Position numbers and translations under genes: made by a program. The notes beneath the pieces were generated by a model. The model saw only the letters and a program-made list of their open reading frames with translations, had not been told where the DNA came from and made no database searches. Shown here piece after piece: positions 9,118-17,652 of a stretch of 64,000 bases of DNA. Each line of letters starts with the position of its first letter. The first letter of the stretch is position 1. The stretch comes from Candidatus Cloacimonadales bacterium (GTDB lineage: Bacteria > Cloacimonadota > Cloacimonadia > Cloacimonadales > DAONDQ01): positions 1,024,001 to 1,088,000 of the forward strand of contig OY759316.1 in assembly GCA_963662275.1 (NCBI GenBank), given 5' to 3'.

Positions 9118-11991
9118 ATGAAAGGAACATTATCAATCACAATTCTATTGGTTCTCTTATCTGGGAGTTTATATGCTTCAGCAAAGTCTTTGACTTCTCC
9201 GAAGAACCAATCAATTAATTCTGGGATTAATTCAAATATGATGAGTTCAGGGACTGTTCATAAATTGTATCAACCATACCCAAGTTCAGGTAACAACAAT
9301 AAACTCAATAGAGATGAAATAATCACTTACCAGGAGATTTTTGAGAATGGTAATGATGGCTGGAGCTTTGCTGATGGTACTATACCTCCGAATTTGTTTC
9401 ATAACTACAATTCACCTACAGATGGCTGGGTGTGGTGGATGGGTGATCCGGCTCTTGCAACTGGTAGTAATATTGGCAGATATCATGAAAAACAGTACCT
9501 AGTATTGGATACTCCTGCGATCCAAGTATCTTCTTCCAATGCTTTACTGACCTTTACCTTGAATTATAATGTTGAGTCACCAGTTGGAGCCACAACTCCT
9601 TATGATGGCTGGGATGCGTGCAATATTCGCATCTCTACGGATGGTGGCAGCATTTGGTCTATCCTGGTTGGAACACCCGCTTATAATGTGTTATCAGCTT
9701 ATTCTTTCGGATATGAGCATAGAGAAGGAACAAATATTCCCGGGTGGGGTGGAACTTCCAATGGTTGGTTGAATGCCTCCTTCGATCTGGGTGCTTATGT
9801 AGGGCAGGATGTCATCATTCGTTTTGCATTTGCCTCCGATGATTTCCCGGAAACAAGCGATGTATCATCTATGTTTGGAATGATGGTCGATGATATACAT
9901 CTGGGGAGTTTTACCAATGATAGCTCTTCCAGTATAGGTTTCACCGCAAGCAGTTTGGTACCGGTAGGTGGTCAGTTATGGCATATTGCAGAAGTTGCAG
10001 ATGCTCCTTCACCTACACATGCTATGATCTGTCAAAACGATGCTGGTTCCTATAATCCCAGTATGCTAAATTATTTGGTGAGTCCTTCCATACAATTACC
10101 TGAATTCGGAGATATCAAGGCAGATTTTCAAATTAAAGGGAGTTTTTCTAATTTTGGAACAATCCCTGATATTAATAATTGGAGTTGGGAGATATCACCC
10201 GATAATGGAACAAACTGGTATTCGATGATGAATCCATACCATGATCCTGTTAATATCGATTGGATTACGGATGCTCCCTCAACCTGGAGATCAGTAACAG
10301 AAGCCTACATAAGTTACTTCGATGGGTTGATCTCAGATTATTCAGGTCTAATGGTCAAATTCAGGATATTTTTTGAAACAAATACAAATGTACATGGCAC
10401 AGGCATTATGATCGATAATTTTACGATTACCAATATATTGCGAATACCACCTCCAGTGAACCTGAGTGCAACGTTATCAAATTCGAATGTTCATTTGAAT
10501 TGGATGGCACCAAATCCCGCAATACTTCTTCATTTCTTGACTTCTACAAATGAGAATTGGTCAGACTATGTTTCAAGCGCAGATGCATATGCCATGAAAA
10601 TTGACAATCCTGGTTCTACACCTACTCAGTTGCATGGAATTAATTTCATGCTCTATCGCCAAAATAGTATGCCGATCGTTTGTACTCCCTCCATTCATGT
10701 CTGGGCTAACGAAGCAGGATTTCCTGGTACTGAACTGATAGTTATTCATGGAATCACAGAAATTGATAACTATGCTTGGAAGAACGTAGATGTTACAAAT
10801 TCCAATATCATGATTCCTTCAGATGGTTCAATCTTTGTCGGTATCAGTGATATTAATCCGGGTGATGTTAATGCACAAGGTTTGTTGTGTGATGCTACCA
10901 GTCCAATATCAAATTCATTTGTAAACATTGGTGGTGAGTGGGGATCACTTGGTATTATTTACTCAGGTCTTGTTAACTGCGGATTGTCTGCTACAATATA
11001 TGATGCAGATCCAACAGCTCCCGTTCTTACGGGCTACAAAGTGTTCCATTCACTTGATCCTGTAGGTACATTCACTGAAATTGCTGATATTATAGATACA
11101 ACAACACATACATATACTGATCAGTTCCCGGCAGTTGGTATAATGAATTATTACAAGGTAACCGGTGTTTATGGTATTAATCAATCTTATCCATCTAGTA
11201 TTGCATCTATCTTTGTATTTGGTGCTGACTACTCAGAAATTCTATATGATGATAATGAAGCTGACCAAGGTTACAATGCTGGTTCAACCCACTCAATGGT
11301 TGTCAAGTTTGATCCCGATATTCCATATGGTGTCAGTTGTGAAATTGCCTATGCTAAAGTATTTGTGAACACTGTTGGTATAGGGTCATTGATCATACGT
11401 GTTTATAATGCAAATGGTATTAATAGCACACCTGGTGCAGAGTTACTTTTATTCAGTTATCCCCATACAAGCCTCGTGCAAGGTTGGAACATAATTCCAA
11501 TGCTTCTTTATGCTCCAGAGACAACTGGTAGTTTCTACATTGGAATACTTGATTATGCAGGTTCTTCTGCAGTTGGTTTAGACACTGACTCTCATAATAG
11601 AAGTTGGAAGAACTTATCTAGTACTGGTCCCTGGCAGCAAATTACGGAAGGTAATTTAATGATACGTGCTATTATCCGTAGTCCTGTCGGAAATGATGAT
11701 CTAGTTGAAATTGCACCTGAGGCGAGTCTTTACAATTATCCCAACCCTTTCAATCTGGAGACGACAATTAAATACAATCAACATAATACAGGTACTGTAA
11801 AAATTGCGATTTATAACATCAAAGGTCAGATGATTAAGGAACTAAAAAATGGATATGAGAATACCGGCGTTTATTCTCTCACATGGGATGGTACAGATAG
11901 TCAGAACAATGCTGGTCCGTCTGGTATCTACTTTATCAGGATGGTCTTCGATGGAAAAACCATGACCAGGAAAATCATGCTGGTTAAATAA
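9118..11991 (+). CDS. Large secreted protein with C-terminal FlgD-Ig/T9SS-like sorting domain
   Basis: Signal peptide; jelly-roll/adhesin-like repeats (IRFAFASD, GxMxDxx); tail YPNPFN...IYNIKGQ...WDG...SGIYF...KIMLVK. Confidence 0.8.
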   Translation: MKGTLSITILLVLLSGSLYASAKSLTSPKNQSINSGINSNMMSSGTVHKLYQPYPSSGNNNKLNRDEIITYQEIFENGNDGWSFADGTIPPNLFHNYNSPTDGWVWWMGDPALATGSNIGRYHEKQYLVLDTPAIQVSSSNALLTFTLNYNVESPVGATTPYDGWDACNIRISTDGGSIWSILVGTPAYNVLSAYSFGYEHREGTNIPGWGGTSNGWLNASFDLGAYVGQDVIIRFAFASDDFPETSDVSSMFGMMVDDIHLGSFTNDSSSSIGFTASSLVPVGGQLWHIAEVADAPSPTHAMICQNDAGSYNPSMLNYLVSPSIQLPEFGDIKADFQIKGSFSNFGTIPDINNWSWEISPDNGTNWYSMMNPYHDPVNIDWITDAPSTWRSVTEAYISYFDGLISDYSGLMVKFRIFFETNTNVHGTGIMIDNFTITNILRIPPPVNLSATLSNSNVHLNWMAPNPAILLHFLTSTNENWSDYVSSADAYAMKIDNPGSTPTQLHGINFMLYRQNSMPIVCTPSIHVWANEAGFPGTELIVIHGITEIDNYAWKNVDVTNSNIMIPSDGSIFVGISDINPGDVNAQGLLCDATSPISNSFVNIGGEWGSLGIIYSGLVNCGLSATIYDADPTAPVLTGYKVFHSLDPVGTFTEIADIIDTTTHTYTDQFPAVGIMNYYKVTGVYGINQSYPSSIASIFVFGADYSEILYDDNEADQGYNAGSTHSMVVKFDPDIPYGVSCEIAYAKVFVNTVGIGSLIIRVYNANGINSTPGAELLLFSYPHTSLVQGWNIIPMLLYAPETTGSFYIGILDYAGSSAVGLDTDSHNRSWKNLSSTGPWQQITEGNLMIRAIIRSPVGNDDLVEIAPEASLYNYPNPFNLETTIKYNQHNTGTVKIAIYNIKGQMIKELKNGYENTGVYSLTWDGTDSQNNAGPSGIYFIRMVFDGKTMTRKIMLVK

Positions 11992-12006
11992 CAGATAACT
12001 GAATTG

Positions 12007-12040
12007 AAAAAGCCAATAGCGATATGCTATTGGCTTTTTT
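12007..12040 (+). terminator. Intrinsic terminator
   Basis: AAAAAGCCAATAGC-GATAT-GCTATTGGCTTTTTT. Confidence 0.85.
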
Positions 12041-12152
12041 ATTAATAATTTGTTGACTCATGCACTTTAAATTTAAAGTTTAGCCAAGTTGAGTACTCCT
12101 ATCAGTTAGAAACACCACATATTCAATAATGATAATAATATAGAGGTAATGA

Positions 12153-12971
12153 ATGAAGAAGATAGATCTCCATCTGCATACGACAGATTCAGATGGACTC
12201 TATACCGCAAAACAACTCCTCCAAGCTGCTAGAAAGCTTGGATATCATACTATTTCAATTACAGATCATGATACAATTGAAGGTTATTTGAAATCAGTTG
12301 AGTTGGCTAAAGAATATAAAATAAACCTTATTCCCGGTGTCGAGATAAGCAGTCATCATCAAGGTCATGATGTGCATATTCTTGCCTATTGCTTCGATAT
12401 TCAACACCAGGAATTACAGGATTTACTGGATTATATTCACAGGGGAAGAATCGCTCGTGCTGAAAAGATGCTGGCTAATCTTGATAAATTAGGTATTCAT
12501 ATCAATATGGCTGATTTATTTAGATTGTCAGGTGATGATGATCTTCTTGGTCGTCCACACATGGCAAGAGCAATGATGGAAAAAGGTTATTGCCGTTCCA
12601 TCCGGGAAGCATTCGATAAGTATATAGGCGATCATTGTCCCGGTTATGTGCCCAAGCCTTCCCTCGAACCAATAGATATTATTCGGATAATCAAGGAAGC
12701 AGGTGGTATTTCATCAATCGCTCATCCATATAAATTATTCAGTAATCTCTATATTGATGATTTCAAAGATATGGGAGTTTCGGGTTTAGAGGTCTATTAC
12801 ATGGACCATAGTCCTCAGCAAGTGGCATTCTATGAGATGATTACTCGTAAGTACGGAATGATACGTACCGGGGGGAGTGATTTTCATGGTGAAGATAATC
12901 GTGGAACAGTCTTTGGCAGTTTTTCAACTCCCGAAGCTGTCCTGGAAGATATAGAAAAATACTATCGATAG
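12153..12971 (+). CDS. PHP-domain metal-dependent phosphoesterase (YciV/TrpH-like)
   Basis: DLHLHTTDSDG, ITDHD, GVEIS, AHP, GGSDFHG. Confidence 0.92.
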   Translation: MKKIDLHLHTTDSDGLYTAKQLLQAARKLGYHTISITDHDTIEGYLKSVELAKEYKINLIPGVEISSHHQGHDVHILAYCFDIQHQELQDLLDYIHRGRIARAEKMLANLDKLGIHINMADLFRLSGDDDLLGRPHMARAMMEKGYCRSIREAFDKYIGDHCPGYVPKPSLEPIDIIRIIKEAGGISSIAHPYKLFSNLYIDDFKDMGVSGLEVYYMDHSPQQVAFYEMITRKYGMIRTGGSDFHGEDNRGTVFGSFSTPEAVLEDIEKYYR

Positions 12972-12978
12972 AGTCATA

Positions 12979-13503
12979 ATGAATCAACACGAAGAATTCA
13001 ATAATCTACTCCAATCGCAATCAAGAAGAGAATTCCCCAGGATCTATCGCTTCAGTCCGATTGTTCGCACGATGACTATGATCATTGCCTCTTTTGCCCT
13101 TATCTATTCGATATGGTTTATCTTTTCCATTGTCAACGTCGAATCCCATCTTATTTTAAAGATATTACCGGTGATTATTGCGTTTTTGTCAGGGCAAACG
13201 CTTCTACGTCATACAATGTCATTACAGAAAGTAGTCCTCGAAAGTGATCGAATTGTATTTAATTATGTGATTAGGAAGCCTTTCATCATATATTATATAC
13301 AAATTAAGCGCATGGAAATGACCGAAGTCAAGCCAAGGTCTGTCAAAATCATTTTTGAAAGCGCACCGGAGCATTATAAAGCTTTTTTAATGCGTGTTGG
13401 ATTTCCTAATATGTTGGAAATACTGAATGGTGTTGTAGAAATGACAAGAAATTTAGAACTGGACGAATTTTTAAGTGCTACGTTAATTGATCCCAAGAAA
13501 TAG
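12979..13503 (+). CDS. Hypothetical membrane protein (2 TM)
   Basis: Two hydrophobic helices followed by a soluble domain; 7 bp after the PHP gene. Confidence 0.65.
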   Translation: MNQHEEFNNLLQSQSRREFPRIYRFSPIVRTMTMIIASFALIYSIWFIFSIVNVESHLILKILPVIIAFLSGQTLLRHTMSLQKVVLESDRIVFNYVIRKPFIIYYIQIKRMEMTEVKPRSVKIIFESAPEHYKAFLMRVGFPNMLEILNGVVEMTRNLELDEFLSATLIDPKK

Positions 13504-13523
13504 TTAAATAAGTTTAGTAACCT

Positions 13524-13610
13524 GCGATGAGGGATACGTTCTGTCATCAAGGGAAGATGTTCAAGGATAAATTTATCCTCATCCTCTCATCGCGGATGAG
13601 GATTTTTTTT
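13524..13610 (+). promoter_or_regulatory. Candidate attenuator/riboswitch leader (terminator plus alternative pairings)
   Basis: Terminator stem ATCCTCATCC/GGATGAGGAT plus T-run directly before the ATG; upstream GCGATGAG is complementary to the terminator loop; palindrome AGGATAAATTTATCCT overlaps the terminator 5' arm. Confidence 0.55.
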
Positions 13611-13859
13611 ATGGAAAAGCTTACTCATATCATTTCAATCGTGATCACAGATCGCGATAATGCCATTGCCCAAGTAAACGAATTATTGCATAAGTATGCT
13701 GATAGTATTTCCTTGAGAGTCGGGTATCCTATCCCTCACAAATCAGCTTCAATCATTTTCATTATTCTGGAACTGACCCTGGATGAAATAGGTGCCTTTT
13801 CCGGTAAATTAGGTCAGATTCCTTCCGTCAAAGTTAAAGTAACAACATTAAAAATATAA
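13611..13859 (+). CDS. TM1266-family iron-only hydrogenase system putative regulator
   Basis: ~82 aa: VNELLH...RVGYP...GKLGQIPSVKVK; directly upstream of hydG. Confidence 0.85.
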   Translation: MEKLTHIISIVITDRDNAIAQVNELLHKYADSISLRVGYPIPHKSASIIFIILELTLDEIGAFSGKLGQIPSVKVKVTTLKI

Positions 13860-13871
13860 ATAGAGGTAGCA

Positions 13872-15281
13872 ATGAATATGAATACTGATGGCATCAAATC
13901 CTTCATCCCTGATGATGAAATATGGATGTTTCTCGAGAAAACAAAGAATCCTGAAAAAAAACGCATCCAGGAAATAATAGCAAAGTCCCTGGCGAAGAAT
14001 CGTCTTGATCCTGAAGAAGTTGCCTGTCTTATCAATACGAATGATCCTGAACTATTGGAAGAGATTTTCGAAGGTGCACGTACTTTGAAAAGAACGATCT
14101 ACGGCAACCGCATTGTTCTTTTCGCTCCTTTATATATCGGAAATGAATGTATCAATGACTGTGTCTATTGTGGATTTCGCATTTCCAATCCCGATTGCTA
14201 TAGGAAGACACTCACAATGGATGAACTGGAGGCAGAAACCCGGGAATTGGAAAAAAAAGGACACAAGCGTTTGATCCTGGTTTATGGTGAACATCCCAAG
14301 TATGATGCAAATTATATTGCGGAAACAGTGAAAAAAGTGTATGATACTAAGGAAGGCAACGGCGAGATCAGGCGTGTAAATATCAATGCTGCTCCCCTGG
14401 ATGTGGAAGGTTTTCGAATAGTTAAATCTTCAGGTATAGGCACTTACCAGATATTCCAGGAAACCTATCACCAGGATACGTATGAGAAATATCATCCACG
14501 TGGACCAAAGAGCAGCTTTCTCTGGCGTCTTGATGGTTTAGACAGAGCAATGCTCGGGGGGATTGATGACCTCGGTATAGGTGCACTTATCGGGCTATTT
14601 GACTGGCGTTTTGAAGTGATGGGCCTTCTCTATCATACGATCCATCTCGAAGAACGTTTTGGAGTGGGACCTCATACAATATCCTTCCCTCGTATTGAAC
14701 CTGCTAACGGTACTGAATTTACTGACAAGCCACCTTATGCTGTGAGTGATGCTGATTTCAAGAAACTGGTTGCTATTCTTCGTCTTGCGGTACCTTACAC
14801 AGGTATGATACTAACAGCTCGGGAATCTGTTGCCGTGAGAAATGAAGTGATCGATTTCGGGGTATCACAAATCGATGCTGGTTCCAGTATTGGAGTGGGT
14901 GAATACTCTGCTCATGACCAGGAAGCCTATAAAAGAAGTCAGTTTGTTTTAGGTGATCAGCGTTCCCTGGATGAAGTCATTGGTGAATTGACACGAGATG
15001 GTTTTCTACCTTCCTTTTGCACAGGGTGCTATCGCTTAGGAAGAACTGGTGAACATTTCATGGAATTTGCCATTCCAGGATTTGTGAAACGTTATTGTAC
15101 TCCAAATGCAGTTCTTACTTTTTTAGAATATCTAGAGGATTATGCCTCGCCTGATACTTTAAAATACGGTCTGCAACGAATCCAGGCTGAACTGGATACA
15201 ATGGAAGATTCACCGATGAAAACAACACTGCTCCAGAGAATGGATAAGATTAAAGCGGGGGAGAGGGATCTGTATTTTTGA
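13872..15281 (+). CDS. hydG: [FeFe]-hydrogenase H-cluster radical SAM maturase HydG
   Basis: CINDCVYC radical-SAM motif, FQETYH, HTISFPR, C-terminal PSFCTGCY...C cluster motif (distinguishes it from ThiH). Confidence 0.92.
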   Translation: MNMNTDGIKSFIPDDEIWMFLEKTKNPEKKRIQEIIAKSLAKNRLDPEEVACLINTNDPELLEEIFEGARTLKRTIYGNRIVLFAPLYIGNECINDCVYCGFRISNPDCYRKTLTMDELEAETRELEKKGHKRLILVYGEHPKYDANYIAETVKKVYDTKEGNGEIRRVNINAAPLDVEGFRIVKSSGIGTYQIFQETYHQDTYEKYHPRGPKSSFLWRLDGLDRAMLGGIDDLGIGALIGLFDWRFEVMGLLYHTIHLEERFGVGPHTISFPRIEPANGTEFTDKPPYAVSDADFKKLVAILRLAVPYTGMILTARESVAVRNEVIDFGVSQIDAGSSIGVGEYSAHDQEAYKRSQFVLGDQRSLDEVIGELTRDGFLPSFCTGCYRLGRTGEHFMEFAIPGFVKRYCTPNAVLTFLEYLEDYASPDTLKYGLQRIQAELDTMEDSPMKTTLLQRMDKIKAGERDLYF

Positions 15282-15287
15282 AGTTAC

Positions 15288-15391
15288 GTAAAGCAAGACG
15301 CCGTTCTTGCTATCTTCGTAAAGTAACACGCCGTTGTTACTATCTGAAGACCAAAGAGCAGAAATCCAGCAAGAACGGCGTCTTGCTTTAC
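15288..15391. repeat. 104-bp REP cluster (GTAA-type REP-A, REP-B, inverted REP-A) upstream of RAYT
   Basis: GTAAAGCAAGACGCCGTTCTTGCT, GTAAAGTAACACGCCGTTGTTACT and inverted REP-A; near-identical copy at 16089-16192. Confidence 0.9.
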
Positions 15392-15411
15392 AAATAAAAA
15401 GGGGGTAACAA

Positions 15412-16092
15412 ATGAAGGGAGTTAATAACATAGGTCAGGAGAATTTAAAGTACTTTTATCGTTCTCGGAATCTACCACATAAGTATGATATCGACAAACC
15501 TATCTTTATCACGTATAGACTGAAATTCACATTACCAAAATCAATAATAGAAGCATTGGAGGTAATGAAACAAGAATGGAACTCTGAATTACAATCTCTT
15601 ACAGACATCGAAAAGAAGAAGAAAATACAAACCAGAGATCACTTATTCTTCTCATGGTTCGATGAGTTTCTTACTAAGTCATCCGAAGTTCCACAACTTC
15701 TTCATCGAGCTGATTTAACCAATATCATCAAAGAATCTTTTCATTTTTTTGATAATCAGCATTACCAACTTTTAGCATACTGCATAATGCCAAATCATGT
15801 ACATGTTTTAATTATACCTGTTACACAACAGGACGGTGATATTTATTCACCATCTCATATAACATATACATGGAAAAAATATACAGCATACAGAATCAAT
15901 AGTAACCTGAACAGAGAAGGAAGTCTGTGGCATCATGAATCATACGATCATCTTATTAACAGTGATTATGATCTCTACCATGCACTTGAATATATTATAG
16001 AGAACCCAGTAAAAGCAGGCTTAGTTAGTAAGTGGACTGACTGGAATGGAACTTGGATAAGAGATGATTTGAAACCTGTACAAATCCCGTAA
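15412..16092 (+). CDS. REP-associated tyrosine transposase (RAYT/TnpA-REP; IS200-like HUH Y1)
   Basis: LPH, FITYRL, IMPNHVHVL (HUH), W-x-x-ESYDH, YIIENPVKAGL; flanked by REP hairpins. Confidence 0.9.
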   Translation: MKGVNNIGQENLKYFYRSRNLPHKYDIDKPIFITYRLKFTLPKSIIEALEVMKQEWNSELQSLTDIEKKKKIQTRDHLFFSWFDEFLTKSSEVPQLLHRADLTNIIKESFHFFDNQHYQLLAYCIMPNHVHVLIIPVTQQDGDIYSPSHITYTWKKYTAYRINSNLNREGSLWHHESYDHLINSDYDLYHALEYIIENPVKAGLVSKWTDWNGTWIRDDLKPVQIP

Positions 16093-17652
16093 AGCAAGAC
16101 GCCGTTCTTGCTATCTTCGTAAAGTAACACGCCGATGTTACTATCTGAAGACCAAAGAGCAGAAATCCAGCAAGAACGGCGTCTTGCTTTACATTGAACA
16201 GACAGCTATCTTCGTAAAGTAACACGCCGTTGTTACTATCTGAAGACCAAAGAGCAGAAATCCAGCAAGAACGGCGTCTTGCTTTACATTGAACAGACAG
16301 CTATCTTCGTAAAGTAACACGCCGATGTTACTATCTGAAGACCAAAGAGCAGAAATCCAGCAAGAACAGCGTCTTGCTTTACGCGGAACAGACAGCTATC
16401 TTCGTAAAGTAACACGCCGTTGTTACTATCTGAAAACCAAAGAGCAGAAATCCAGCAAGAACGGCGTCTTGCTTTACGCGGAACAGACAGCTATCTTCGT
16501 AAAGTAACACGCCGATGTTACTATCTGAAGACCATAGAGCAGAAATCCAGCAAGAACGGCGTCTTGCTTTACGCGGAACAGACAGCTATCTTCGTAAAGT
16601 AACACGCCGATGTTACTATCTGAAGACCAAAGAGCAGAAATCCAGCAAGAACAGCGTCTTGCTTTACATTGAACAGACAGCTATCTTCGTAAAGTAACAC
16701 GCCGTTGTTACTATCTGAAGACCAAAGAGCAGAAATCCAGCAAGAACGGCGTCTTGCTTTACATTGAACAGACAGCTATCTTCGTAAAGTAACACGCCGT
16801 TGTTACTATCTGAAGATCAAAGAGCAGAAATCCAGCAAGAACGGCGTCTTGCTTTACGCGGAACAGACAGCTATCTTCGTAAAGTAACACGCCGATGTTA
16901 CTATCTGAAGACCAAAGAGCAGAAATCCAGCAAGAACAGCGTCTTGCTTTACATTGAACAGACAGCTATCTTCGTAAAGTAACACGCCGTTGTTACTATC
17001 TGAAGACCAAAGAGCAGAAATCCAGCAAGAACGGCGTCTTGCTTTACATTGAACAGACAGCTATCTTCGTAAAGTAACACGCCGATGTTACTATCTGAAG
17101 ACCAAAGAGCAGAAATCCAGCAAGAACAGCGTCTTGCTTTACATTGAACAGACAGCTATCTTCGTAAAGTAACACGCCGTTGTTACTATCTGAAGACCAA
17201 AGAGCAGAAATCCAGCAAGAACGGCGTCTTGCTTTACATTGAACAGACAGCTATCTTCGTAAAGTAACACGCCGTTGTTACTATCTGAAGATCAAAGAGC
17301 AGAAATCCAGCAAGAACGGCGTCTTGCTTTACGCGGAACAGACAGCTATCTTCGTAAAGTAACACGCCGTTGTTACTATCTGAAGACCAAAGAGCAGAAA
17401 TCCAGCAAGAACGGCGTCTTGCTTTACGCGGAACAGACAGCTATCTTCGTAAAGTAACACGCCGTTGTTACTATCTGAAGACCAAAGAGCAGAAATCCAG
17501 CAAGAACGGCGTCTTGCTTTACGCGGAACAGAAAGCTATCTTCGTAAAGTAACACGCCGTTGTTACTATCTGAAGACCAAAGAGCAGAAATCCAGCAAGA
17601 ACGGCGTCTTGCTTTACGCGGAACAGACAGCAAGAACAGCGTCTTGCTTTAC
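16089..17652. repeat. Tandem array of 16 x 95-bp REP-doublet units (BIME-like)
   Basis: GTAAAGTAACAC recurs every 95 bp from 16119 to 17544; bounded by a forward REP-A at 16089 and an extra inverted REP-A ending at 17652. Confidence 0.95.

Noticed and set aside
13872..15281. thiH with a TPP riboswitch
   Set aside because: The C-terminal Cys motif and TM1266 neighbour indicate HydG; no TPP aptamer consensus is seen in the leader.
15412..16092. IS200/IS605 element with TnpB/omega-RNA (also considered for 52260-52793)
   Set aside because: No tnpB/iscB nearby; multiple footed REP hairpins and the motif pattern fit RAYT rather than IS200 TnpA.
16089..17652. CRISPR array or guide-RNA array
   Set aside because: Units are near-identical over all 95 bp with no unique spacers, and no cas-like genes are present in the window.
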